Below, piece after piece: positions 25,637 through 34,152 of a stretch of DNA of 64,000 bases. Numbering within the stretch: the stretch's first letter is position 1; each line of letters opens with the position of its first letter. A program made the translations under genes and the position numbers. This DNA is from Clostridia bacterium (GTDB lineage Bacteria; Bacillota; Clostridia; Oscillospirales; CAG-272). The stretch lies in NCBI GenBank assembly GCA_017387685.1, contig JAFOEU010000058.1:67936-131935 (forward strand), written 5' to 3'. The notes below the pieces were generated by a model. That model searched no databases, was not told the origin of the DNA, and was given only the letters and a program-made list of their open reading frames with translations.

Positions 25637-25697
25637 GCCAAAAATTGCGCTGAATGAGTCTGAAATTAAATTGCCAACTGTCGGTTGCGAGATGTAA

Positions 25698-25736
25698 ATC
25701 AAAAGCTCCCAAAGCACAGTTTGCTTCGGGAGCCTT
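25698..25736 (-). terminator. Terminator after the solute-binding protein gene
   Basis: GCTCCCAAAGC/GCTTCGGGAGC stem (10 of 11 pairs) with a reverse-strand T-run. Confidence 0.6.
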
Positions 25737-25740
25737 TAAT

Positions 25741-27216
25741 TCAGTTCTTGAATGCGTCGGATTCGATAAGGGATTTGAGCTGTCTTTCAAGCACAGTCTC
25801 AAACGAGCCCGCGGTGGTCTGCCAGCCCTCGGTAGAGGTGCCTGCGAGAGCCTTTCTGATGGTGCGGTAGGTCTCGTAATCGAAGATGTGGGTAAAGGTA
25901 CGTCCAACCTCAAAGGATACGCCGTCGCGGATATGGTCGATCATTCTCTGCGAGGTGGAGTCGGTGGTGTATCTGATCTTCATTGCTACCTCGTAGAGAT
26001 TGGGAGTTACCTTGCGGTAGCTTTCGGATGCGAGAGCCTCGAGGGTGTATGCCGCAATCTCGGGAATATCGGTTGCGCGAGAGATAGCGTAGAGGGAATA
26101 CTTATAGTTGAGCGTGGTGGAGTATTTCTCCTGCGCGGTGTCGTATTTCGGAATGGGAGCAATTCCGAAGTCGATTCCGCTGCCGGGGAGGTAGTTCATA
26201 GCGTAGTCGAGGGAATAGATAATAAAGAGGGAATTGCCGTCGGTGAAGGTGCTTTCGTCCTTCTTGGAATCGTTGAGTACCGAGTCGGTATTGCAGAAAG
26301 CAGCCATCTTTTCGATGAGGGTCTGCGCCTTGTCGCCCTTCCAGCTGTCTGAGAGAGCGGCTTTATCCTCGTCATTCTTGTCTACGAAGCGGAGATCCGA
26401 GCCGTAGAAAAGTGCCTCAACGGTAATGGCATCGTGAACGAAGCCGTATGTGATACCGCCGCCGACGGATGCCTCGCCCTTGATAGCCGAGCCAAGCTCG
26501 ATGAACTTATCAACAGTCCAATCACCCGAATCAACGAGCGCGTAAGGATCTGCGAGAGCATTGTTGGTCACGATCTCTTTGTTGAAGAAGGTGCCGTACA
26601 TACGGAGCAGGTAGTTTGTCGAGATATCACCGGTTGCGAAGTAGAGCTTACCGTTGATGGTTGCCATATCGGTAAGGTCGGCACCCCACCAAGGCATATC
26701 GAGCGAGAGCTTGCCCGAATATTCCATCAAATCGAGGACGTATCCGTAGGTTGCCGCCATTGCGATGGTGGTAGAGTATGCAGAGATGATGTCATACATA
26801 CAGTCGCCCGAAAGGTCTGCGGCGATGATGTTGTTGAAGTCGGCGCGCTGACCGTAGTCACCCTTTTCACCGATCCAATTGAAGGTGATGCCGAGACGGT
26901 CCTCGACCGCGAGGTTTCTGTAATAGATGGATGCGTTTACGCTGTCGCCATCGTCCTCGGCGGTGTATTCTACGTTTTTAGCGTTGCTCCAATAAAGGAC
27001 GTCAACGGTCTCGCCACCGTAGTTGAGCTCGGGGATCTTGTCCTTGAGATAGCCGTTTTCGTCGAGAGGATTTTCGGTCTCGGGGATAGGCTCGGTCGTT
27101 GCGGCAGCCGAGGGATTGGCTGTGGTCGTGTCGCCCTTATCTCCGCTTTCAGCGCAGGCAACCGCCGCGGGGAGAAGCATAAGAAGAGCGAGTAAAAGCG
27201 AAATTAACTTTTTCAT
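25741..27216 (-). CDS. Extracellular solute-binding lipoprotein (ABC transporter family 1, sugar type); no permease genes adjacent
   Basis: Lipobox LLPAAVAC and a T-rich linker, about 490 aa, typical of Clostridial sugar-binding proteins. The ATG at 27216 lies 7 nt after GGAGG. Confidence 0.8.
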   Translation of the reverse strand: MKKLISLLLALLMLLPAAVACAESGDKGDTTTANPSAAATTEPIPETENPLDENGYLKDKIPELNYGGETVDVLYWSNAKNVEYTAEDDGDSVNASIYYRNLAVEDRLGITFNWIGEKGDYGQRADFNNIIAADLSGDCMYDIISAYSTTIAMAATYGYVLDLMEYSGKLSLDMPWWGADLTDMATINGKLYFATGDISTNYLLRMYGTFFNKEIVTNNALADPYALVDSGDWTVDKFIELGSAIKGEASVGGGITYGFVHDAITVEALFYGSDLRFVDKNDEDKAALSDSWKGDKAQTLIEKMAAFCNTDSVLNDSKKDESTFTDGNSLFIIYSLDYAMNYLPGSGIDFGIAPIPKYDTAQEKYSTTLNYKYSLYAISRATDIPEIAAYTLEALASESYRKVTPNLYEVAMKIRYTTDSTSQRMIDHIRDGVSFEVGRTFTHIFDYETYRTIRKALAGTSTEGWQTTAGSFETVLERQLKSLIESDAFKN

Positions 27217-27347
27217 AATGTTTACCTCCATAGAAGTTGATTAAATACATCATAACTATACCACATTTTTCTCTCCGCGTAAATGGTAATAATGACTGCA
27301 TTTTATACAAAAAACGCCGAAAACACGCCCAAAATGCAAATTTATAC

Positions 27348-27376
27348 TTGAAATAATGTGCATTATATTATATAAT
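27348..27376 (+). promoter_or_regulatory. Promoter (TTGAAA-17-TATAAT) for the AraC-headed operon
   Basis: -35 at 27348-27353 and -10 at 27371-27376. Confidence 0.55.
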
Positions 27377-27405
27377 TAGGTTATCAGGATTTACGGAGAA
27401 GCAAA

Positions 27406-28314
27406 ATGGCAAACGTAAAATACAGACAGCGGTTTCCGGGCGGTAAATGGAAGTCTTACGGGTCGCCGTCCGAGTTCAATAAAAATGCCGAGTTCTATAC
27501 CGACATAATTAAAAACTACGACGAGCTTCCCTCGATCGCCGTATACCATATCGGATTTTGCCGTCATAATGCCGACACAAGGTATTTTAATCACGTTACC
27601 AAAAGATACAAGCTTGTATACGTGCTTGAGGGGGACGGCTGGTTCAACGGACTGCGCGTCAGAAGCGGACAGGGATTCCTAATGTGGCAGAATCACGTCA
27701 ACAGTATGTCCGCCGATATTCGCTTGCCTTGGAAATATATATATATTTCATTTTCCGGCAGTCTTGCCGAGCAGTTTTTGCTTCGCGCGGGATTCACTCC
27801 GGAGGATACCATATTCGACATAGAGGACGTCGGGCGTGTCAGAGAGCTTTGTATGAATGCGATCTATACCCACCGCCCCGAAGAAACCGCGGATATGTAT
27901 ATGCTATCGGTCCTTTTTGAGCTCCTTTCACAAAATAAGGTGCAAAACAAGGATGTGCGCGGCAGTATTCCCCCTGCATCGGATATGAGTGCGCACGTAT
28001 ATAACGCAATAGCGTATATGAGCAAAAATTACCGCTCGTCTATCGGAGTATCCGACGTTGCCGCCGCCGCTCACGTTTCTGAAAAATATCTGCGCGAGCT
28101 TGTCAAAAAGGAAACGGGAAAATCCGTACAGCGGTATCTTACCGACCTTCGTCTGGCGGCGGCGAAAAATCTGCTCTCGAATTCAAAATACAATATCGGT
28201 GAGGTCGCGAATCTTTCGGGATTCGGCGAATACCGTAATTTTGTACGTATTTTCAAGGAAAGATACGGCATAACGCCGACCGAGTACCGTGTCGGACAAG
28301 TAAATAAGGAGTGA
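27406..28314 (+). CDS. AraC-family transcriptional regulator
   Basis: Cupin-like N-terminal half. The C-terminal double HTH reads SVQRYLTDLRLAAAKNLL...IGEVANLSGFGEYRNFVRIFKERYGITPTEYR. Confidence 0.85.
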   Translation: MANVKYRQRFPGGKWKSYGSPSEFNKNAEFYTDIIKNYDELPSIAVYHIGFCRHNADTRYFNHVTKRYKLVYVLEGDGWFNGLRVRSGQGFLMWQNHVNSMSADIRLPWKYIYISFSGSLAEQFLLRAGFTPEDTIFDIEDVGRVRELCMNAIYTHRPEETADMYMLSVLFELLSQNKVQNKDVRGSIPPASDMSAHVYNAIAYMSKNYRSSIGVSDVAAAAHVSEKYLRELVKKETGKSVQRYLTDLRLAAAKNLLSNSKYNIGEVANLSGFGEYRNFVRIFKERYGITPTEYRVGQVNKE

Positions 28315-28317
28315 AAA

Positions 28318-29025
28318 ATGAAGCTTGGAATTTTTGCAGACCCGCATTACAGCACGGTCGCAGAGATCAAATCAAGACGTCCGTCGCTTTCGGCGGGCAA
28401 AGTGAAGCGCTTGATCGAAATATTCAAAAGCGAGGAAGTCGATGCGATAATCTGCCTCGGCGATCTCATAAATTCGGAAAAGGATCCCAAAAAGGATGAG
28501 GAAAATTTAAGGCTTATTTCCGATATTCTCCGCGAATCCGGGCTTCCCGTCTATTGTGTCATGGGAAATCACGATTCGGAGGCGTTTACCCCTGCCGAAT
28601 TTTCGGAAATATCGGGCTTCAGAGCCGCGCCGTTTTCAATCGATCGGGATGATGTCCGTCTGATATTCCTCGATTGCTGTTATACTGACAACGGAAGCAC
28701 CGAGGGGGTAGGATACCGCAACGGCAACTATCATTGGAAAAATTCCTATCTCCCCTCCTCGCAGATAGAATTCCTGAGGGAAAGATCTGCGGGTGCGGAG
28801 CGTGTCATCGTTTTCACGCATCAGAATCTCGATGACCGTGACAATCCGCATTGTATAAGAAACGCCGAGAGTGTTCGCGCTGCCTTGGAGGCGTGCGGCA
28901 TCAAGACTGCGTTTTCGGGTCATTACCACAAGGGCGGAGAGTTTACGATAAACGGTGTTCGCTATATCACCTTGCCCGCTCTGTGCGAGCTTGATTCGCT
29001 TCCATATATTATTTATGAAACTTGA
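28318..29025 (+). CDS. Metallophosphoesterase (calcineurin-like)
   Basis: Motifs FADPHYS, CLGDLIN, VMGNHD and FTHQ. Confidence 0.8.
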   Translation: MKLGIFADPHYSTVAEIKSRRPSLSAGKVKRLIEIFKSEEVDAIICLGDLINSEKDPKKDEENLRLISDILRESGLPVYCVMGNHDSEAFTPAEFSEISGFRAAPFSIDRDDVRLIFLDCCYTDNGSTEGVGYRNGNYHWKNSYLPSSQIEFLRERSAGAERVIVFTHQNLDDRDNPHCIRNAESVRAALEACGIKTAFSGHYHKGGEFTINGVRYITLPALCELDSLPYIIYET

Positions 29026-29035
29026 GGTGGCTGCA

Positions 29036-30703
29036 TTGAAAAGAAAATTATTACCCCTTTTGATTTTATGCCTGATTTTGATTTTTAACTCTTGCGAGGG
29101 AGGGGAAGAGACTACTGCTCCCCCCGAAACGACCGGGGATCCCGCAATTGAAACAACGCCCGCTCTCGTTTCGGGTGACGGTGAAGCACAGTACGCGCTC
29201 ATCCTTCCCGAAAACAGCAACGGCGATATGCGTACCGCAGTAAACTCATTTGCCGATAAGCTTACCGATCTTTACGGAGCGAAGTTTGAGGTGAAGAAGA
29301 ATTCTTCTCTCGCCGAGGGAAAAAATCTCATTATGATCGGTGCGCAGGAAGATACTGAATACGCCTCATATTTTGCCGACGTCCCCTACCGCGATTATGC
29401 GGTGAAGATCACCCATGACGGTAATATCGTTATTTCGGCATGGAGTCTTGATGCGATCGGTAACTGCACCTCAAAGCTCTTTATGCGTCTGAAAAGTGCA
29501 TTTGAGTCGGGCGATACCGTTGGTTTTATTACCGATGATATTCTGATAAACGGCGCTGACACCTCGATGCTCGATGCGTCTATTCCGCAGTTTTCGCCGA
29601 GCCGTATGCCTCGTATATATCATATAGCGGGCGCACGCGGTGCATACGAGCTCAGCTTCAAGGATAGTTCGGTTTCCGATTTTGAGGCTTACACGGAGAT
29701 GCTGAAGATAAATGGCTTTGCCGAGGTTCAGCGCTTTAGCGGTAAGGATGCGTGTTTTGCAGTATTTACCAAGGAAGGCGTTGAAGTAACGGTCAACCTT
29801 TGGAATAAAACCGGTGAGCTTTTGATACTCGTTGACAAGCCCGCTACGGAAAAGCCCTTTAAGTCCGATGACGTTAATGCAACGACAGTTCCGAAGGTGA
29901 TTGAGCCGGGACTTGAATACGACGGCGCATTAAAGGGGACTTGTTACGTCATTCAGGCGTCGGACGGAAGCTTTGTCATCGTAGACAGCGGCGACAGCGA
30001 TCCGAAATTCCTCGACAGGCTTTATTCGACCTTGAAGTCGCTGATCCCCGAGGGAGAGAAGCCGCACATCCGCGCGTGGTTCATTACGCACGCTCACGGC
30101 GACCATATGAACGGTCTTGTTGATATTTCGACTTCAAAATATGCCTCATTGATCAAATGCGATGCGGTTTATTCCAATATGCCTTACGAATCCTATCAGA
30201 CAGCGTACGATAAGAGCACTTACGCAAACCGCATTTCAAAGCTCGAAAAGGCGGCAAAGACGCTCGGTTCGGCTTACGTTACCGCGAGAACGGGACAGAC
30301 TTATTATTTTGCTGATATAAAAGTCACCGTCCTCGGCTCCGTTGACGATATGCTCGTCACCGAATTCGGTGATCTTGACCAGACGAGTCTTGTCTTCCGC
30401 GCGGAGGCGGGCGGCAAGAGTATGATATTCTCGGGCGACTCGGGTCCTGCTTACATAGGTCAGTATATTAATAAAAGATATACCGCCGAGACGCTTAAAT
30501 GCGATGTGGTTCAGGCGACCTCGCACGGTCAGAACGGCGAGGCGCTTACGGAATATTACAAAATGACCGATGCGGACTATTATCTCTGGTCGGCAACAAA
30601 GGATTTTTACGGCAGACACACACCGAACAAGTATATCGAAAGCGATAAGAGTGCGAAAATAATATATTCGTACGACGGTGCGTATACCGTTGAGCTTAAA
30701 TGA
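29036..30703 (+). CDS. Lipoprotein with an N-terminal alpha/beta module and a C-terminal MBL-fold metallo-hydrolase domain
   Basis: A TTG at 29036 follows a GAGGTGG RBS and gives (M)KRKLLPLLILCLILIFNSC (lipobox). The MBL motif is ITHAHGDHMNG. Alternative in-frame starts exist at 29015 and 28955. Confidence 0.75.
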   Translation: MKRKLLPLLILCLILIFNSCEGGEETTAPPETTGDPAIETTPALVSGDGEAQYALILPENSNGDMRTAVNSFADKLTDLYGAKFEVKKNSSLAEGKNLIMIGAQEDTEYASYFADVPYRDYAVKITHDGNIVISAWSLDAIGNCTSKLFMRLKSAFESGDTVGFITDDILINGADTSMLDASIPQFSPSRMPRIYHIAGARGAYELSFKDSSVSDFEAYTEMLKINGFAEVQRFSGKDACFAVFTKEGVEVTVNLWNKTGELLILVDKPATEKPFKSDDVNATTVPKVIEPGLEYDGALKGTCYVIQASDGSFVIVDSGDSDPKFLDRLYSTLKSLIPEGEKPHIRAWFITHAHGDHMNGLVDISTSKYASLIKCDAVYSNMPYESYQTAYDKSTYANRISKLEKAAKTLGSAYVTARTGQTYYFADIKVTVLGSVDDMLVTEFGDLDQTSLVFRAEAGGKSMIFSGDSGPAYIGQYINKRYTAETLKCDVVQATSHGQNGEALTEYYKMTDADYYLWSATKDFYGRHTPNKYIESDKSAKIIYSYDGAYTVELK

Positions 30704-30713
30704 GAGGGAACAA

Positions 30714-31448
30714 ATGAAGATACTTATAATCCGCCACGCGGAACCCGATTACGAAAATAATACCATCACCGAAAAAGGCTGGCGCGAGGCGCGTATGCTT
30801 GCCGAAAGACTTGCCAAATTACCTATAAGCGACGTTTACGTTTCCCCGATGGGCAGAGCACAGCACACGGCGCAGCCCTACCTTGAATTGACGGGGAAGA
30901 GTGCGCAGACGCTCGATTGGCTTCACGAATTCCGAGGCAGAGTGTGGGATGAAGAAAAGGGGAAGAATCGTTGCGCTTGGAATATGAAGCCGCGCTTCTG
31001 GAACGATCATCCCGAAATGTTCGATAAGGACCGTTGGCTTGAAAACGAGCTTATGAGCTCGGGCAACGTTGAGGAAGTATGGCAGGAGACCATAAAGGAA
31101 TTCGATGCCATCCTCGAGGGCTACGGATATAAGAAGGATGGCTTCTTCTACCGCACCGAGCAGAGCCCCGATACCACTATCGCATTCTTCTGCCATTTCG
31201 GACTCGGAATGGCACTGATCTCGCATCTTTCGGGCGTTGCGCTCCCGATGCTCTGGCAGTCCTTCTTCATGCCCGCATCGTCCGTCACAACAATGGTCAC
31301 CGAAGAAAGAGTCAAGGGCGAGGTCTTCTTCAAATGTATGCAGCTCGGCGATACCTCCCACCTCTACGCAAACGATGAGCCCGTGTCGAAAAAGGGACTT
31401 GCGAAGGAGTTTTACGAATCAAAGGAAGACGCGGTTTTGCCGAAATAA
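30714..31448 (+). CDS. Histidine phosphatase family protein (phosphoglycerate-mutase-like)
   Basis: MKILIIRHAEPDY catalytic RH motif, with a later CHFGLG segment (family His-containing motif region). Confidence 0.85.
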   Translation: MKILIIRHAEPDYENNTITEKGWREARMLAERLAKLPISDVYVSPMGRAQHTAQPYLELTGKSAQTLDWLHEFRGRVWDEEKGKNRCAWNMKPRFWNDHPEMFDKDRWLENELMSSGNVEEVWQETIKEFDAILEGYGYKKDGFFYRTEQSPDTTIAFFCHFGLGMALISHLSGVALPMLWQSFFMPASSVTTMVTEERVKGEVFFKCMQLGDTSHLYANDEPVSKKGLAKEFYESKEDAVLPK

Positions 31449-31456
31449 AAATATAA

Positions 31457-31498
31457 GGGACAGCCTCTCAAAAAGAAGCTGTCCCGATTTTTATTTTG
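31457..31498. terminator. Bidirectional terminator between convergent operons
   Basis: GGGACAGC...GCTGTCCC stem followed by a T-rich tract. Confidence 0.6.
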
Positions 31499-31503
31499 TT
31501 TAG

Positions 31504-31884
31504 CTAATCGGCGATACGCCATTTCATTGATCTTGCGATAACGTAAGAGCTATCCTCCAACCGCTCGGAGGAGGTGTATATCTCACTCGACCAGACTATA
31601 TATCCCGGCTCTATGTTAACGCAAGCCGCATACAGATAGTCGTTTTTGCTGTTTATCTGCCACCGGAGAAGATTTTCAAATTCGATCTCAACTATGGCAT
31701 CAAAGATACTCGGCGCAAATATTTTAAGCGTCAGCTTGGTTTCGTCGGGATGAAAGTGAAGGCAGTTATCTATCCTCTTGATCCCGCTGTGCTTATATTG
31801 AACGTCAATGATACATCCGTCGTGCAGAGCCCGTGTTTCTTCAAGAAAATCATTTATATCTTTTTCCGATTTTATTTCCTTCAT
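31504..31884 (-). CDS. Hypothetical protein (126 aa), co-transcribed with rtcB
   Basis: ORF with a GAGGAT RBS 13 nt after the rtcB stop. No signal peptide or recognisable motif. AT-richer by eye than its neighbours. Confidence 0.5.
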   Translation of the reverse strand: MKEIKSEKDINDFLEETRALHDGCIIDVQYKHSGIKRIDNCLHFHPDETKLTLKIFAPSIFDAIVEIEFENLLRWQINSKNDYLYAACVNIEPGYIVWSSEIYTSSERLEDSSYVIARSMKWRIAD

Positions 31885-31897
31885 CGTTGATCCTCAT

Positions 31898-33106
31898 TTA
31901 TTCCGTTGCCTTGAAATGGTAGATCGGCTTGATGCGGCAGACGATCTCTGCTGTGGGAGTGATGTTTTCAACGATCTCGTCCATGCTCTTGTATGCCATA
32001 GGCGACTCGTCGAGGGTGTCGGGAACTACGCAGGTCGAGTAGATGCCCGACATCTGCTCCTCGTATTCCGCCATAGTCAGCCGCTCAAACGCCGCAGAGC
32101 GCGACATAAGTCTGCCCGCTCCGTGGGGCGCGGAGAAATTCCAATCCTCGTTGCCGCGACCGATGCAGATGAGCGAGCCGTCGCGCATATTGATGGGAAT
32201 GAGGAGCTTTTCGCCCTCCTTCGCCGAGACCGCGCCCTTGCGGAGGATCATTTCGTCAACGTCGACGTAGTTATGAACCGTCTCGAAGGCTTCAAGCGCG
32301 GTGAGTCCGACTCTTTCAAGCAATATCTCAGCCATTCTTTCGCGGTTGCGCTTTGCGAACTTCTGACAGATGTCAACGTCGTGGATATAATCCTCCATAA
32401 ACCGTCCGTAAAGATAGCAGAGATCGGCGGGGAGCGTGGGCTCCTTTGCCTCCCATTCCTTTGCCATAGCCTTAAGAACAGCCTGAATCTCGCTTCTGCG
32501 CCCCGCCTCCTTGTAGGTGCGGATGATCTCCTCGCGGCGGTTGAAGTATTCCTCCTTTCCGAGGTTGAGATCGACGGCGATGCCCTGATAATATTCCGCT
32601 ACTTGAGTGCCGAGATTGCGGCTGCCCGAGTGGATTACGAGGTACTTGTTGCCCTCATCGTCCGAATCAATTTCGATGAAATGATTACCGCCGCCGAGCG
32701 TGCCGAGGCTTCGCTCAAGACGCTTTGAGTCTCGGAGATATCTGTAACAGCGGAGCGCGGTGAGATCGAAACGTTCGTCGCGCCCCTCCCAGACATCTCT
32801 GCCCGAGGGGATGAAATGCGCGGCTTCGTCGAACCTTTCAAGGTCGATATCAACCTTGCCGAGCGCGACGGTGTACATTCCGCAACCGATATCAACGCCC
32901 ACCATCGCGGGAACTATCTTGTCGGTAATTGTCATTGTCGTACCGATGGTACATCCCTTGCCCGCGTGAACGTCGGGCATTATTCTTATCTTCGAGGACG
33001 AAAACGCCTCGGTATCGCAAACCGTCTTTATCTGCTCGCGCGCACCGTCCTCAAGGGTGGACGCGAAGCACTTTGCGGTGTTATAAATTCCTATAATTTC
33101 TATCAT
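31898..33106 (-). CDS. rtcB: RNA 3'-phosphate/2',3'-cyclic-phosphate ligase RtcB
   Basis: MPDVHAGKGCTIG, GGGNHFIE, HSGSRNLG and SAPHGAGR (nucleophilic His) signatures. The ATG at 33106 is preceded by AAGGAG. Confidence 0.9.
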   Translation of the reverse strand: MIEIIGIYNTAKCFASTLEDGAREQIKTVCDTEAFSSSKIRIMPDVHAGKGCTIGTTMTITDKIVPAMVGVDIGCGMYTVALGKVDIDLERFDEAAHFIPSGRDVWEGRDERFDLTALRCYRYLRDSKRLERSLGTLGGGNHFIEIDSDDEGNKYLVIHSGSRNLGTQVAEYYQGIAVDLNLGKEEYFNRREEIIRTYKEAGRRSEIQAVLKAMAKEWEAKEPTLPADLCYLYGRFMEDYIHDVDICQKFAKRNRERMAEILLERVGLTALEAFETVHNYVDVDEMILRKGAVSAKEGEKLLIPINMRDGSLICIGRGNEDWNFSAPHGAGRLMSRSAAFERLTMAEYEEQMSGIYSTCVVPDTLDESPMAYKSMDEIVENITPTAEIVCRIKPIYHFKATE

Positions 33107-33117
33107 ATTTTCTCCTT

Positions 33118-33621
33118 TCATCCCTCAAAGGGAGTCTCTAAAACGTAAGGCAGATGTGTGTCGATTTCAAGCTGAATGACGGGGGAGGGAAAATCTTCGT
33201 GAAGCAGGGCCTGGTCGGGTATCGGGAGCACCATAAAAGGAAAATCCGGATCGGGCGAGTAGCTGTGCTCCCAACAAGTTCTTTTCAGAATAACCCCGGT
33301 ATCAAGCAGAGTTTCCTCAACCATATCGGGCGATTCCACTATTCTGCCGCAGACGTGGTACCAACCGTTGTACCAGATCGTGCCCTCTTCTTCAAGCAGC
33401 CCTGTGACGTTATAGACCTCGGGGGGCTTGCGGGGATCGATGCCGAGGGAGCGTAAAAACTCCGTCACACGGTCGGATGCCTCCATAATGACTTTATCGA
33501 AATTTTGACATCCGCAGCAGCTGCACTGCTCACCTATTGACTTGATATCCGTGCGCTCATAAAACGCCCGCGTGCGCTCGACGTCGATGTCGAGCACGAA
33601 GCTTGAAAATCTGAAGATCAT
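33118..33621 (-). CDS. Hypothetical Cys-rich protein (167 aa)
   Basis: MIFRFSSFVLDIDVERTRAFY...EQCSCCGCQNF. Its start overlaps the upstream stop (ATGA). No family recognised. Confidence 0.5.
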   Translation of the reverse strand: MIFRFSSFVLDIDVERTRAFYERTDIKSIGEQCSCCGCQNFDKVIMEASDRVTEFLRSLGIDPRKPPEVYNVTGLLEEEGTIWYNGWYHVCGRIVESPDMVEETLLDTGVILKRTCWEHSYSPDPDFPFMVLPIPDQALLHEDFPSPVIQLEIDTHLPYVLETPFEG

Positions 33622-34046
33622 TTTGATTTTTCCTCCAATCGGTAGTTTGAAAGCAATTTGCGGTCGCAGTAGAAAGGACCGCACCAGGTACCTTCGTGAG
33701 TCCATATATAAGTCCACGAAAAATCCCGCGCAACGACGTAAATTTCCGTGCATTCCGTAAGATCCTCTGCGCAGATGTTTTTGCGGTCGGAAAGAGAAGG
33801 CAAATACTTGCCGAAGCGTTCAAAATATATCGCGCTTTCTTTTTCCTCGGGCGTGAGACTGTCGAAAGCCAGCGCGGCGTCGACACCCATAAGAAAACAT
33901 TCCTTGGGAAGATAACCCCACGTGAAAAGATGCCAGATATACTGTTCTGCCCTGATCATAGACTTATCACAAGGATTGTCATTTAGGGGTGCAGCAAAAT
34001 GCTTGAGCCATTGGTTTTTGAATTTTTCGTACGTCATGGTATCCAT
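33618..34046 (-). CDS. Hypothetical protein, DUF4275-like (tentative)
   Basis: IWHLFTWGYL, AALAFD and VVARDFSWTYIWTHEGTWCGPFY resemble my recollection of DUF4275. The start is set at ATG 34046 because the GTG at 34085 overlaps the predicted -10 box. Confidence 0.5.
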   Translation of the reverse strand: MDTMTYEKFKNQWLKHFAAPLNDNPCDKSMIRAEQYIWHLFTWGYLPKECFLMGVDAALAFDSLTPEEKESAIYFERFGKYLPSLSDRKNICAEDLTECTEIYVVARDFSWTYIWTHEGTWCGPFYCDRKLLSNYRLEEKSK

Positions 34047-34075
34047 TCCGTTCTTTCGTTTTATCTTACACTCAT

Positions 34076-34104
34076 ATTTTACCACTCAAAAAGACTTTTT
34101 TCAC
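34076..34104 (-). promoter_or_regulatory. Putative extended -10 promoter (GTGAAA-17-TGgTAAAAT) for the rtcB cassette
   Basis: Reverse strand: -10 at 34076-34081 preceded by TGG, and a weak -35 at 34099-34104. It lies immediately after the terminator that ends the WYL pair. Confidence 0.4.
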
Positions 34105-34144
34105 GGAAAAAAAGCTGCGAACTCGTTAAAGTTCGCAGCTTTTT
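34105..34144. terminator. Strong terminator after the WYL pair
   Basis: 11-bp stem AGCTGCGAACT/AGTTCGCAGCT (34113-34123 and 34130-34140) flanked by an A7 run and a T4 run. On the reverse strand it is followed by TTTTTTT. Confidence 0.75.
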
Positions 34145-34152
34145 AGTGATTT

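Noticed and set aside
25542-25913. 123-aa reverse ORF in the rnfD upstream region, considered as a possible rnfC remnant
   Set aside because: It has no Fe-S or nucleotide-binding motifs and overlaps the terminator and the 3' end of the solute-binding protein gene. It is not an rnfC fragment.
28955-29035. Upstream in-frame starts for the MBL lipoprotein
   Set aside because: They overlap the metallophosphoesterase gene and lack an RBS. The TTG at 29036 follows GAGGTGG and yields a canonical lipoprotein signal peptide. ATG 29015 cannot be fully excluded.
34047-34085. GTG start at 34085 for the DUF4275-like ORF
   Set aside because: The GTG overlaps the predicted extended -10 element and would lie upstream of the likely transcription start. 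This depends on the promoter call being right.
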